Notes under the pieces: model-generated
Databases searched by the model: none
Seen by the model: the letters and a program-made list of their open reading frames with translations, nothing else
What the model was told of the DNA's origin: nothing
Shown: piece after piece, positions 31,504-43,364 of the stretch
How the letters are laid out: every line of letters begins with the position of its first letter
Position numbering within the stretch: position 1 is the stretch's first letter
Position numbers and translations under genes: made by a program
Assembly: GCA_963737905.1 (NCBI GenBank)
Contig: CAVTUQ010000026.1
Coordinates: 64,001-128,000 of the forward strand
Length of the DNA stretch: 64,000 nt
Reading direction: 5' to 3'
From: an uncultured delta proteobacterium
GTDB taxonomy: Bacteria > Desulfobacterota > Binatia > UBA9968

Positions 31504-32715
31504 TCAGATCACTCCACTCGCGCGCAGGGCGACGAGATCGTCGTTGCTCATGCCCAGATCTCCACAATAGATTTCCTTGTTATGCTCGCCGATCAACGGC
31601 GCCGCGCGCGTAATCCGCCCCGGCGATTCGCTGAGTCTCGGGACTGGACCGAAATGCAGGTATTTGCCGATCACAGGATGTTCCATCTCGACGAATGTTT
31701 CGCGGGCTTTTACCTGGGCGCTATTCATAAACTCACCGACGGTGTTGATAGGCGTAACCGCGATGCGCCGTTTTTGGCCTTCCTCGTAGAGCTCTTCTTT
31801 CGTGTGACGGCTGCAGAATTCCGTGATCGCCCCAACCACGATCTCCGGATTTTTCCGCCGATACGCCATCTTTTCGAACTCGGGGCCTGAAATGGAAGGC
31901 GGCCGTCCCATCCAGTCCACTAACCGGCGCCATTGCTCGACCGGGATAATAAAGATACGCGCGTAACCGTTTTTCGTCGGGTACGGGTCGTAAAGATCGG
32001 TCTCTTCGCCTTTGCGTGAAGCGCGCGCCGGTTTAGCGCCGCTGTAACCATAGTTGGGAATAAAGTAACCGGCGATGTGTCCGGCGCACTCGTGCATCGA
32101 GACAACGATGTGCTGGCCTCTGCCGCTTTCTAAACGATGGTAAAGCGCCACCGCAATTCCGAAGGCGCCGTAGGTGGATGCCATACCATAGGCGATCTCG
32201 CCGGGAGGTTGCAGCGGCGGTTCTCCGGGTTCACCGGCGAGATAGAGAAGATTCCCGAGAGCGATACCCGCCATGTCGTTGGCTTTGTAATCCCGCCACG
32301 GGCCGGTCTCGCCGAAGGGAGTGATTGACGCATGAACGAGTCCGGGATTACCGGCGCTCAGTTCTCGATAACCAAGGCCCAGCTCTTCTCTTCGCGCTGG
32401 ACGGTACGTTTCGATGACCACGTCGGCTTTTTGGGCGAGCTCCAGCAATATCGCTCGACCGTCCGGCTTTTCGAGATCGAGGGTGATGCTTCGTTTGTTG
32501 GTGTTGAAGTGGAGAAAGTAGAGGCTCTTCTCCGGATGCGGCGAATCGTCTTTGAATGGCGGAACTCGCCGCGCTTCGTCGCCGTCCGGCGGCTCGACTT
32601 TGATTACGTCCGCGCCCATATCGGCGAGGAGCTTGGTGCAATGAAAACCCAAAGGGCCAGCGAGATCCAAGACCCGATATCCGGCGAGCGGGGGGTGCTG
32701 ATTGTCTTCTGTCAC
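31504..32715 (-). CDS. CaiB/BaiF family III CoA-transferase
   Basis: LADMGADVIKVEPP, NTNKRSITLDL, APLIGEHN. Confidence 0.9.
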   Translation of the reverse strand: MTEDNQHPPLAGYRVLDLAGPLGFHCTKLLADMGADVIKVEPPDGDEARRVPPFKDDSPHPEKSLYFLHFNTNKRSITLDLEKPDGRAILLELAQKADVVIETYRPARREELGLGYRELSAGNPGLVHASITPFGETGPWRDYKANDMAGIALGNLLYLAGEPGEPPLQPPGEIAYGMASTYGAFGIAVALYHRLESGRGQHIVVSMHECAGHIAGYFIPNYGYSGAKPARASRKGEETDLYDPYPTKNGYARIFIIPVEQWRRLVDWMGRPPSISGPEFEKMAYRRKNPEIVVGAITEFCSRHTKEELYEEGQKRRIAVTPINTVGEFMNSAQVKARETFVEMEHPVIGKYLHFGPVPRLSESPGRITRAAPLIGEHNKEIYCGDLGMSNDDLVALRASGVI

Positions 32716-32887
32716 GATGCCTTCTACTAGAAAAAACCCATTGCCGATTTCTCAGTACAGTTACTTCGGATTGGGGAATCCTGTCAAGACGCGCTGGAAC
32801 TTTATTCTGGCTTGACTAAACTTTGCTGGAAGTGGTACGGGCATCTATGCGGAAGAAAATTGCAACAACGGCCGGAGGAGGCCGCCT

Positions 32888-33883
32888 ATGAAGCGTTTGA
32901 TAAATTGGTGGTTGATTTGTGGATGGGTCGCGCTTGCGCCCACCGTATTTGCGGCATCGCAAACGGAGAGCGTCACTATCGGCTACTCGTCGTTCTCCGG
33001 CGCCTATGGGCCGCTCTGGATCGCGGTGGAAGACCAATTGGGGAAAAAATATGGTCTCGATCTGAAGGCAATTTATGCGGGCAGAATCCGGCCGCAGCAG
33101 CTACTCGCCAGCGGCGAGGTGCCCTTCGTCGTGGCGACGGGGACCGGCGCGCTGACATCACATATTCTCGGTGTCAAGGATCAAGTGATCGTGTTGACCT
33201 TTGTCAATAAGGTAAACAGCTCCCTTTTCACCAAAGCCGATATAAAGAGCCCCGAGGGATTGCGCGGTAAAACTATTGCCACCGGCCGCCCGGGCGCTTT
33301 CGCCGACGTAATGGTACGCTATGTTTTGAGCGCCAAGCTCGGGCTCGCGCCGGACCGTGACGTAAAGCTCTTGCCCATGGGGGAAGCGGCGTTGACCTTA
33401 CCGGCACTGGAAAAAGGTATCGTCGATGCGGCGTCGCTGACTATTCCCAACACCTTGATCGCAAAGAAAATGGGTTTTCGCGAGTTGGTCGATTACAGCA
33501 AAGCCGGAGTGGTATATCCGTACAATACCGTTACGACTTTGAGACAAACTCCGGGGAGAAATATTGAGTTAACAGAAAAGCTTTTGAAGATCATGATCGA
33601 GGGAATCCATATCTTCAAAACAAGCAAGCAAAGGAGTTTGGCCGTCCTGAAGAAATACATGCGGGGTGCGGGAGGTGATATTCTCGACGAGACCTATGAG
33701 GACACGAAGGCGAGCCTCGAGGCCGTGCCGACCCCGTCTTTAGAGGTCATCAAGACCGCATTGGATATACTCTCGTACCAGTACCCACAAGCAAAACAAA
33801 CCGATCCAAACCCGATCATCGATCCATCCTACGTCAAAAAGATTGAGCAGAGCGGATTCATCACGGCGTTGTACAAGAAGTGA
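32888..33883 (+). CDS. NMT1/SsuA-like substrate-binding protein
   Basis: Signal peptide ending VFA; KKYGLD, LRGKTIA motifs. Confidence 0.85.
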   Translation: MKRLINWWLICGWVALAPTVFAASQTESVTIGYSSFSGAYGPLWIAVEDQLGKKYGLDLKAIYAGRIRPQQLLASGEVPFVVATGTGALTSHILGVKDQVIVLTFVNKVNSSLFTKADIKSPEGLRGKTIATGRPGAFADVMVRYVLSAKLGLAPDRDVKLLPMGEAALTLPALEKGIVDAASLTIPNTLIAKKMGFRELVDYSKAGVVYPYNTVTTLRQTPGRNIELTEKLLKIMIEGIHIFKTSKQRSLAVLKKYMRGAGGDILDETYEDTKASLEAVPTPSLEVIKTALDILSYQYPQAKQTDPNPIIDPSYVKKIEQSGFITALYKK

Positions 33884-33940
33884 GAGCCGAGAAGAAAATA
33901 TCCTGAATTTAGAAACTATTTCGGAAAGTGAGGCTTGCTT

Positions 33941-34987
33941 ATGCTAGAGGGTAAACTGCGAATCGCTCCCACCTGTTATCACGTGCTTCATCAAGTGCCG
34001 GTGATGACGGCCCACGAGATGAACTTTCTTTACGATGAGGGTCTCAAGGCTGCCGATGGTTCGCCGGCCTATACGATCTTGCATGATTCCATGGTGCCCT
34101 TTGGGCTGGAGAAGCTGGGGATCTCGCAAGCCATGAAAGAGAAATCGGTGGACATCGCGCTGGATGTTCAATCGCGGACGGTTTTCTTTCAGCGCGCCCG
34201 GGGCGCTGATCTTTACATCATCGCGGGTTGGAGAAATCAGCATACGAATGTCTGGGTCGCGCCGCCGCATATCAAGTCCCTGGGGGATCTAAAGGGCAAG
34301 CGTGTGGGAATCAGCGATTTCAATAGTATTCGCCATTGGGCGATACAGATTCAGTTGAAAAAGGCGGGTCTGGACTTGGACCGCGATGTGGAGTGGGTGA
34401 GAATAGGAGTCGCCTCTCACCTCCACAAACAGGCAATCAGGAGCGGCAGAGTCGAGTGCGGGCCGGTGCCAACCTGGGATGCGGAGGATCTTAAGAAGGA
34501 GGGGTGCAACGTACTGGTCAGTCCCGCGGATCAGTATCCTGATGGACGACCGGAGAGAATCATAGCCGCTACCGGACGGATACTCGAGGAAAAGCCCGAT
34601 TTAGTCAAAAGCTTTCTCAAGGCATTGATTCGTTCCTATTGGTTTGTGCGTGATATGCCGAAGAATTACGAATACATCACCAATCTCGAAAAAAGACTCC
34701 GGTTCCTGAGTCCCGACCCCGAAGAACGCGTGGTCAAAAATCATCCGTCTCGAACGGCGCGCGACTTGGAGGCGATGCCGTTTCCCATCGATGGGCTGGC
34801 CACTGGTTTTGAAGATATGCTCAAGGAAGAAGAGCGGCTCGGGGAGCTCAATTACAAGGTCCCCGCGATCAAAGAAGTCAGTGCACAGGATCTGGTCACC
34901 GAGGCGTACCAGGAATTGATTCAGCGAAAAGAGCTGCAGCCGGAATATCAGCGGGTAAGCGCCGTTGCGGAGCGGTGGGGGTACTGA
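33941..34987 (+). CDS. NMT1/DszB-like periplasmic-binding-fold protein lacking a signal peptide
   Basis: DLKGKRVGISD, GLDLDRDVEWV, EKPDLVKSFLKA; no hydrophobic N-terminus. Confidence 0.7.
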   Translation: MLEGKLRIAPTCYHVLHQVPVMTAHEMNFLYDEGLKAADGSPAYTILHDSMVPFGLEKLGISQAMKEKSVDIALDVQSRTVFFQRARGADLYIIAGWRNQHTNVWVAPPHIKSLGDLKGKRVGISDFNSIRHWAIQIQLKKAGLDLDRDVEWVRIGVASHLHKQAIRSGRVECGPVPTWDAEDLKKEGCNVLVSPADQYPDGRPERIIAATGRILEEKPDLVKSFLKALIRSYWFVRDMPKNYEYITNLEKRLRFLSPDPEERVVKNHPSRTARDLEAMPFPIDGLATGFEDMLKEEERLGELNYKVPAIKEVSAQDLVTEAYQELIQRKELQPEYQRVSAVAERWGY

Positions 34988-35044
34988 AAGTTTCCAAATA
35001 GCAGCCAGAGGTCAGTGTTCAGTATTCGGGTCGGGAGACGAGGT

Positions 35045-36091
35045 ATGAAAAGTAATAGGAACAAATTTTCAATGGCGGTTGCTCTAGGCCTGCTCCTTTT
35101 TTGTTTACTGTGGGTCGTATCAGTCCATGCTCAATCGCCGGGGAATTTTTTCGAAGGCAAAACGATCACACTTTTTGCCGGTTCGTCGGCGGGAGGCGGA
35201 ACAGATATCGCGACGCGGCTCATCGCGCGACATATGGAGCGGCATATGGCGGGGACGAGATTCCTGGTGGTCAACAAGCCGGGCGCGGGGGGCATGATTG
35301 CCGCAAACGAGCTCTATAACCGGAGCAAGCCGGACGGACTGGCCATGAGCACCATGAACACCGGCGCTCTTTTTGGCATCGCCACGGGCAACGACGCCTT
35401 GAAGTTTGACTTGCGGAAATTTATTTTTGTCGGCCAAGCTTTTGATGAAGCGCAGACGGTCTATATGCGCTCCACGACGCCTTATACAAGCTTCGATGCC
35501 ATTAGAAAGGCCAACAAGGAGGGCAAACTACCGAAGATGGGGGCGCAATCCCTCGACCACACCAGCAATGTTGTGGTGAAGATCGTCGGAGAAATTTTGG
35601 GCTTGGACTTTCAAGTCATCCCCGGTTATCCAGGTACCCCGGAGATATTGCTCGATATCGAACGGGGCGCACTCGACGGCCGCTCTCAGGGAACCGGCTC
35701 CCTCTTGAGCACCCGAAGGGCGTGGATCGAGAAGCGATTTATCCGGCTGCTCGCTACTTCAAAGAACAAGCGCGACCCCCGCATACCCGAGGTGCCGACG
35801 ATCGAAGAGCTGTCGCCTCCAGGGAAGAAGAATTTGCTGAGCGCGTTATATGCCGCCGAAAATATTGGTCGATCCATTGTCTTACCGCCGGGGGTTCCAC
35901 CGGAACGAGTCAAAGTTCTTCGCGATGCCTTTGCGGCGATGACTCAAGACCCGCAATTTTTGAAAGAAGCCGAAAAAATCGGACTGGAAATCGGCTTGAC
36001 CCGCGGTGAGGAGATGAACCGCGATATCGACAGCACGGTTGGCGACAAGGAGCTGATGGGTATATATCGCAAGATTATGACCGCGCAATGA
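35045..36091 (+). CDS. TctC/Bug-like tripartite tricarboxylate transporter binding protein
   Basis: AGGGTD, NKPGAGG, KPDGL, GYPG motifs; signal peptide. Confidence 0.85.
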   Translation: MKSNRNKFSMAVALGLLLFCLLWVVSVHAQSPGNFFEGKTITLFAGSSAGGGTDIATRLIARHMERHMAGTRFLVVNKPGAGGMIAANELYNRSKPDGLAMSTMNTGALFGIATGNDALKFDLRKFIFVGQAFDEAQTVYMRSTTPYTSFDAIRKANKEGKLPKMGAQSLDHTSNVVVKIVGEILGLDFQVIPGYPGTPEILLDIERGALDGRSQGTGSLLSTRRAWIEKRFIRLLATSKNKRDPRIPEVPTIEELSPPGKKNLLSALYAAENIGRSIVLPPGVPPERVKVLRDAFAAMTQDPQFLKEAEKIGLEIGLTRGEEMNRDIDSTVGDKELMGIYRKIMTAQ

Positions 36092-36125
36092 ATGCTGACA
36101 ACTTGATTCTGACGGCTATATTCTT

Positions 36126-37562
36126 TTGAATTCTCTCGCCCTCCTCATCGATTTCGGCAGCACGTACACCAAAGTCGTTGCCGTGGATCTTCGTACCTCC
36201 GAGGTAATCGGTCGCAGCCAGGCCGCGTCAACGGTCAACACCGACGTGCGAGAAGGCCTCCTTCGGGCGCTGGCGGCGCTGCACGAAAGACACGCTTTGT
36301 TCGATCACCCGCCCACCGATCTGGGCGCGTTGGGAGACAATCTCGTGCTCGCCTCGAGCAGCGCTGCGGGCGGGTTGAGGATGGCTGTGATCGGCTTGGT
36401 TCCCGGTCTCACCGTCGAGGCGGCAAATACGGCGGCGTTGGGTGCCGGGGCCAAAGTGGTCGGCTCGTGGTCGTTCAAGCTCGCAGAGAAAGCTATGGGT
36501 GAGATCGAAGCGCAACGTCCCGACATGATCTTGCTCACGGGCGGCACCGATGGCGGCGATTCGGCGACCATCCTTCATAACGCGCGCTTGCTTGCGCGTT
36601 CCGCGCTGTCGGTTCCGATCGTCATGGCAGGCAATCAGGCTGTCATCGGGGAAGTTCGAGACCTCTTGACCCGTACCGGCAAGGAAGTCCGCTCGGCAAC
36701 CAACGTCATGCCGCGATCGGGCCAGCTTGCGGTGGACGCCGCGCGCGAAGAGATTCGCAAGCTTTTCATGGAGCGCATTACGCAGGCGAAGGGGCTCGAC
36801 GGCCTCGCCGGACTCGTGCCGGTGATTCTACCGACACCGATGGCAGCGCTTCAGGGCGCGCTTCTGGGCGCCCAAGGGACCCGGGAAGAGGAGGGTTGGG
36901 GCGATTTGCTAGTGGTGGACGTCGGTGGAGCAACGACCGATGTCCATTCGATCGGTTACGGACAAGCTACCGGCCCGCAGATCGTTGAGCAGGGTCTGCC
37001 GGAGGCCTTTGCCAAGCGAACCGTCGAGGGGGATCTAGGGATTCGTTTCAATGCAGGCACGCTGTTGGATCGAGTCGGTCTCGATGGGTTTGAAGAAGAG
37101 TTTCGCGCCGGCTTCCCGGGACTTCAAGTGTCGCGGGAGAAGATCGCGCAGTATATCGAGCAAATCAGTCAGGAGACCTCCCGTGTTCCGCAAGAAGATT
37201 GGCAGAGCGCAGTGGACGCGCAACTGGCGCGGATTGCCGTGGATCTTGCCGTGGAGCGCCACGTCGGAAAAAGAGAGAGAATTATAACTCGCGAAGGCGA
37301 AACCTGGGTCTACTACGGCAAGGACTTGAGCGAGACGCGAACACTGATCGGAACCGGCGGAGTGTTCATTTACAATTCACACGTCGCTCACATTCTCTCA
37401 CCGGCAGGCAGCGTCGATCGTCGCTATGATGTGCTCAGGCCTAAGAGCCCAAACCTTTTTGTCGATTCTTCGTATCTCCTGTACGCCGTCGGACTGCTTT
37501 CCCAGAGTCAACCCGATGTAGCGGTGCGGCTATTCAAGAAGAACATGAGCCCCTTAATCTAA
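36126..37562 (+). CDS. glmL: GlmL/MutL-type (glutamate/methylaspartate mutase accessory) ASKHA ATPase
   Basis: DFGSTYTK, SSSAAGGL, GGTDGG, VDVGGATTDVHS, KRTVEGDLG. Confidence 0.85.
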   Translation: MNSLALLIDFGSTYTKVVAVDLRTSEVIGRSQAASTVNTDVREGLLRALAALHERHALFDHPPTDLGALGDNLVLASSSAAGGLRMAVIGLVPGLTVEAANTAALGAGAKVVGSWSFKLAEKAMGEIEAQRPDMILLTGGTDGGDSATILHNARLLARSALSVPIVMAGNQAVIGEVRDLLTRTGKEVRSATNVMPRSGQLAVDAAREEIRKLFMERITQAKGLDGLAGLVPVILPTPMAALQGALLGAQGTREEEGWGDLLVVDVGGATTDVHSIGYGQATGPQIVEQGLPEAFAKRTVEGDLGIRFNAGTLLDRVGLDGFEEEFRAGFPGLQVSREKIAQYIEQISQETSRVPQEDWQSAVDAQLARIAVDLAVERHVGKRERIITREGETWVYYGKDLSETRTLIGTGGVFIYNSHVAHILSPAGSVDRRYDVLRPKSPNLFVDSSYLLYAVGLLSQSQPDVAVRLFKKNMSPLI

Positions 37563-37615
37563 GTGAGTTGAATTCCCCGCAGCTTGCCTCGTAGAATTGC
37601 GCCTTCCCGAAGTCC

Positions 37616-37693
37616 GTCATTCCCGCATGCCTTTAGCGGGAATCCAGGGAGGATGTTCGGACTGGACCCCCGATAAGAACATTCGGGGGTGAC
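37616..37693. repeat. REP-doublet-like palindrome between convergent genes
   Basis: gtcattcccgc...gcgggaatccag ... ctggacccccga...tcgggggtgac. Confidence 0.65.
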
Positions 37694-37727
37694 GATCTTG
37701 GAATAAATCGCAATTTTTTTGATTCGC

Positions 37728-38812
37728 CTAGAGGTTATAAAGCCTGGCGGCGTTTTGTCCCATGATTTTGGTCTTGAGATCGTCGGAAAGATCCTTCCGC
37801 TCCATCACTTCTTCGACCGTGTGCGGAAATTTCGAGTCGCTATGATTATAGTCGGTGGCAAAGATCAACCGATCTGCCCCGACGAATTCGGCGACGTAGG
37901 GCAATGTCCGCTCTTCCATTTCGAAAGCATAAAACATTTGCCCGCTGCGCATATATTCGCTGGGCGGTTTCTTTAGCCAGGGCACCGTCGGCTGGAGAAA
38001 CTCAAAGTGCTCGTCTAGGCGCTCCATCCAGTAGGGAACCCAACCGGCGCCCGCCTCCATGAAGGCGACTTTGAGACGTGGAAAACGCTCAAAAAGCCCG
38101 CCGACAACCACACACAGCACGGCGATCATTTGTTCGAACGGGTGCGCCATGGCGTGGGTGTAAAACGGATGGTCGAAACGTTCCGTTGCTGCGGGGACGC
38201 CGTCGCCGGCGCCGACGTGAATGCATACGGGTACGTCGAGGCGCTCCGCCTCGGCGAAGAAAGGATAGAGGTCGGGATCGTCGAGGTTTTTTTTCGAGGC
38301 GGAAATCGGCGGCGCGGCCACAGCAACAAATTTGAGCTCTTCCACCGCGCGACGCAGTTCCTTGACGGCTTCCACCGGGTCTTGAATCGCTGTCAGCGCG
38401 ACTCCTTTGAGCCGGCGCGGATCGGCCTTGCAGTAACCGGCCAACCAGTTGTTGTAAACTCGCGCCATGGCCGAGGCGAAATCTTTGTCTTCGACGAACG
38501 GCAGGCTTAAAAAAGGCGAAGTGCCGAATAGGACTGCCGCTTCGATGCCTTCGAGGTCCATATCTTTCAGACGTTGGACAGGATCGATCATGCCGGTCGT
38601 CGGCTGCGGGTTGCGGTTGCGCGGCGCGCCGACAAAACTGCAACCTTTGCCCACCGGTTTGGGAGTCAAGCTTGCCGTCGATCATGACAAAGTTAAATCC
38701 GCGATTGTCCTTGACCGTTTTCGGCGCGCGTGAACGATAGGGTTCGCTCAAGCAAATCCGCCCACTTGATATCTCTTTCCAGCACATGGCCGTCGGCATC
38801 GATAATACGCAT
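37728..38812 (-). CDS. Amidohydrolase_2 family protein, frameshifted near 5' end
   Basis: MRIIDADGHV start; MEAGAGWVP, FATDYNHSD. Confidence 0.85.
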
Positions 38813-38944
38813 GATAATGACTCCTCGCTCGCTAACCGAAAATCACCGTAAATCACAATTATCAGAAACGACCGAGGTTTCTCAAGGGATTCTCAATTGC
38901 CAAATCAGAGCGGTATCAATCACAGTGAACCTTGACAATCGCGG

Positions 38945-39140
<196 letters not shown>

Positions 39141-39870
39141 GCGTGTGAGTGAGGAGGACGGAAGACGTGCTCTCACGCGGGCTACGGCTGGACCTCTGGC
39201 GCAGATTGATCAAAAAGGATCGTGAGCCACGGACCTTCTACGGCCCGGGGCGGATTATCGGCGACTGATCACTATCACGCGAGCATGAGGACGCAGGCGG
39301 AAGCCGATCTTGACGGGTCTAGACGACGCGGTGGCGGGCTGCTGCCACTGGTGTATAAAAGGATATCTGTCAGACGGACGGAGCGCACGATCGTAACAGA
39401 TCGATGTCACGCTCTGCTACGCGGGGCAGAGGAGACTAAGAGCGTGAGATGCGCGTCGCGCAGAAAAGGCGGGGGCAACCCGGTGTACGAGATCGCGGCG
39501 TTAGCCCGATGCGGGCCGTCGCGCGCGATATCCAGATGATCTCAGCGGTCGACGCCTGACGACGCGGAATGGGTGAGAAGGTGCGCGCCGCACGATGTCG
39601 GAGCAGACTGGCGGGAGGATAACGATGGCCGATCAAGGCGCGTGCGGAGTCGCTGTCTGGGGGTCTTACCCAGTCTTACGTAGCCGCGGGGGGTGACTGG
39701 AAGGCGAGGGGGCGGAGCGCGCGGCTCGATGGACACATGGAGCGCCGACAGCGCGGCGTGTTATTGATATGAACGGCGACGGCGTCGCGACAGCGAGAGA
39801 CCGGGAGTCTGCCTGGCAAGGTGGAGCTTGAAGCCGGGCTAACTAACCCATCCGACATAATTTTACTGAT

Positions 39871-41040
39871 TCAGGCAGCGATTTAGTTTTGTGATCTTTG
39901 AATGAGTTCTTGGACGGTGGAGCCACGAGAAACGCAGAGAATCCCTTGAGGTTTGAGGACGAGCGGTTGATGAATGAGCTTGAAGCGAGGTTTTAGACTT
40001 GCAAAGAACGACGTCTTTTGCGCGACTGGCTTTGGATAGCACGGTCTGAGCTGAAGTTTCAGATTGTGCCCAACGCAGATTGCTGCCAGGCCGAGTTGGC
40101 CCATAGTGATGAGTGGGACGACATCAAGCCCCTCCTTTGAGCTCAGCGAGTTTCGGCTCCTCGTCCGGCCATGAATCCCAAGGGCGGAGCGGCAGGGCCA
40201 GGTGGTGTACGCGAGTACTCAAAGTAGCCGTCTCGGGATCAAGAGATCGAGCTGATAGCTTTTGCGTTTCGTGATGCACGGCTTTCGTAGAACCACGCGG
40301 AGAGTTTTGCCAGCGGCTGGGGAGGAGACTCAAAGACCCATGCCTTCTCGAGCGCTGCCAGCGCTGGCGTCCGATCAGGGCCGCCCACCACTTAAAGAAG
40401 GCTTTGATGGCTAGCCGCCCTTTTTCAAATCGATGATTCGCTCTGGAAAGCCCGTCCATGCGAACTCCAAGGGAGCTCTTCCCAGTCGCCTCTGAATCCT
40501 CGATCAGATCGCGCAGGAAATACGCCCGGGATCATGACATTGCCGGCGATTCTCACCTCAAATGTGTCCGGTCTGAGCCAGATGGCAGAGGTATAGAGAT
40601 CTTTACGATGTGGGGTTGAACCCCCGAAGGCCCACGACGTGGGCCCGTGTATACGCTGCCGTCGAATCTATAGTCATCGGCCCGCCTCTCCCGCTCATGG
40701 CTCACACGATTACTGTTGATCTCCCCAGGCCTGAGGGCTGGTGCGTGACCGTAGCCACGGGCCCCTTCTTCCCGAGGCAGACGCAGCAGGCCGCAACCGC
40801 TTGACGGTCTTCCGAATGCCTGCCAGCGCCGGCCCCGACCAACGACTGACGATCACCAGATCTGTCGATGGCCGGTAGTCTCCTCCCACATCATACGGGA
40901 AACACCCCTGACTCTGCGTGAGGTCGATGATCCGAAGTATCGCCGATCAACTCCACCTCCGTAGGCGGTGATGTCCTGGAACTAAATTCGATCTTCAAAA
41001 AACTCTTGCATGGAAGAAAATCGGCTCTACTAATCTCACT
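39871..41040 (-). mobile_element. IS1380-family transposase, heavily garbled by deletions
   Basis: Frame-hopping minus-strand translation gives LKIEF..QDITAYGG, TID.DGSV, AFRGFNPH, AQTGHI, GNVHD, FLRDLIE, RMDG and RFKLIHQP. Confidence 0.7.
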
Positions 41041-41162
41041 TGGAGTGCCTCCTTGCAGGGTGTGTGTGGCAACGCTTATCCCGCAACGTGCAGCATCAAG
41101 TATCCATCATGTGAAACTAACAAGCGAGAAGGAAAGCGAAGGAAAGAAGAAAAGCTCAGCGG

Positions 41163-42176
41163 TTACTTAACCTCGCCCGGAAACAGCTTCGATCCGTAGT
41201 CGCGGTTCACCTCACGGATGAGCGTGTTGTCGTAGAACCTTTTCGGGTCGAGCTCGGCAGCCTTTGATACCGAGGACTGTTCAAGGACAAGCTTGATCGC
41301 CGTCGGATCGACGGTCATGTCCTTGTTCCAAACCTTGACGCCTTGCTGGTAACTTTCTTCCAGCAGTTTGGGGTCCGTGAGTTTGGTGTATTGAGACTCG
41401 ACCTTCTTGGCGAATGCCGGATCGTCGATAGCGCGTTTCACGCCATCGAGATAACCCATGAGAAATATTTTCAAGGTGTTGGGGTTTTTCTGCACGAACA
41501 CTCGGGCGAGGCCCGTGCCCGGTCCGATGATTTTCAACCCGCGTTCGTAGTAGTCAACGATCACGGGGAAACCTTTATTGCGGGCCATCTCGCTTTGCGG
41601 CGGCGTTATGATCAGCCCGTCCGCATTGCCAATCAAAAATGTGGCCAACGCTTCGGGCGGGCCTTTGTGGTACAAGAGCTTGATGTCCTTTCCGATCTCC
41701 ATGCCATGCTCCTTGGCGGTTTTTCTCATGGCAATTTCACCGAACGCGCCTACGGAGGTCGTGGCGACGGACTTGCCGCGCAGACTTTCGAACGTGGTCA
41801 ATCCTTTCTGGCCAAACAAGACTAAAGTGCTGCGATCGACAGCCGCGCCGATATAGATGAGATCCGAGCCCGCCACATTGGCATGAATGGTGGCGGTGCC
41901 GCCCTGGTAGATGTCCACCGTGCCCGACAAGAGCGCCTGTGCCGAAGCCGTGGCGCTCAACTGGCTGATATTGAGGTTAACCCCGCGCTTTGCAAAATAG
42001 CCGGCCTCATGGGCCACGAGCAGCGGCAAATACAGCGGCCCGTAGGCGGCGATCGCCACTTCCAGTTGATTTTTTTCCGGCTTTAGCTCCTGGATTTGCG
42101 CGGCGAATGCTGGCACAGCATCGCGCGAAAGAGTGAACAAGACGCAGAGCACGAGAAATAGATAGACGAGTTGCAT
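41163..42176 (-). CDS. NMT1/SsuA-like substrate-binding protein
   Basis: Signal peptide; GYFAKRGV, LRGKSVA. Confidence 0.85.
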   Translation of the reverse strand: MQLVYLFLVLCVLFTLSRDAVPAFAAQIQELKPEKNQLEVAIAAYGPLYLPLLVAHEAGYFAKRGVNLNISQLSATASAQALLSGTVDIYQGGTATIHANVAGSDLIYIGAAVDRSTLVLFGQKGLTTFESLRGKSVATTSVGAFGEIAMRKTAKEHGMEIGKDIKLLYHKGPPEALATFLIGNADGLIITPPQSEMARNKGFPVIVDYYERGLKIIGPGTGLARVFVQKNPNTLKIFLMGYLDGVKRAIDDPAFAKKVESQYTKLTDPKLLEESYQQGVKVWNKDMTVDPTAIKLVLEQSSVSKAAELDPKRFYDNTLIREVNRDYGSKLFPGEVK

Positions 42177-42317
42177 ACCTTCAACCTCCAGGGGTCAAAT
42201 ACAGGGAACTCCGGCTAGTTGTCAATGTTTATAGCCATGACGTTGACGGCGGGAAGCCTTTTCGCATAGTCTCTCCTGTCACTTATCCCATGTCCGTGAA
42301 GAAAGGAAGGTCACGCT

Positions 42318-43348
42318 ATGCGCAAGATATTCTTTTTCTCTGCAGTGTTGTATGGTAATGGCTTCCGCGCTGAGACGCCCTGTTTCGGCAGCGGGCGAGG
42401 AATTCTATGGCGGCAAGGTGATTCGAATCGTCGTCGGGTTTTCCGCGGGCGGGGGGTTCGACACCTACGCCCGCGTCTGTCAGCCGATACATGGGGAAGT
42501 ATATCCCTGGGAACCCGACCATAGTCGTGGAAAACATGACGGGCGCCGGCAGCTTGATCGCCGCCAATCACATTTACAAAGTGGCCAAACCGGACGGTTT
42601 AACCATCGGGGCCTTCAATGGCAATCAGGTTTTAAATCAACTGGTGGGAGCGCCGGGCATTGAGTTCGATGCGCGGAAGCTGGGTTGGATTGGAGCCCCG
42701 GGTTATAACCATGATCTTTGCCTTCTCAACCAAAAAACCGGGGTCACCAGCGCTGAACAGTGGCTTTCTTCCAAAACCCCCTCAAACTCGGCGGGAAGCG
42801 CTCCCGGTACGCCCACGGACGACGGACCCAAGATTCTCAAGGAAGCTATCAGTTTACCTATGCGCTTGGTCAGCGGCTACAAAGGAACTGCGGATATTCG
42901 GGTTGCCGTGGAGTCCGGTGAGGTCGATGGTCTATGCGGTTTTTCCTGGGCCTCGATACGCGCGACATGGCGGAAGGCGATGGAGTTAGGGCAGGTTATC
43001 GTCATACTCCAAAACACGCCGAAGTCGGCCCCCGAACTGCAGAAAGTCCCGCTGGCCATTAGTTTCGCCAAAACCGCAGAAGCGCGCCAACTCATAGAGG
43101 CGGGGATTCACCAGCCCAGCGCTCTCACGTATAGTTACTCGCTGCCACCGGGCACGCCTAAGGATCGCGTGCAGATTCTCCGCCGTGCGCTTCTAGAGAC
43201 CGTAAAGGATCCGGAGTTTTTGAGCGATGCCGGAAAAGCGAATCTGGAGATCGCACCGGCTTCAGGGGAAGAAATCGAGCAGAGCATTCGGGAGTTGTTC
43301 AAGACCGATCCCAAAGTTGTCGCCAAGCTAAAGGAGATTCTGAAATAA
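42318..43348 (+). CDS. TctC/Bug-like binding protein, frameshifted near 5' end
   Basis: VGFSAGGGFDTYAR; IPGNPTIVVENMTGAGSL; GYKG. Confidence 0.85.
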
Positions 43349-43364
43349 GCGTAGGCGGACGGTC

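Noticed and set aside
39150-39850. Possible gene between poly-G and the IS
   Set aside because: Sequence too degraded to assign a frame or family
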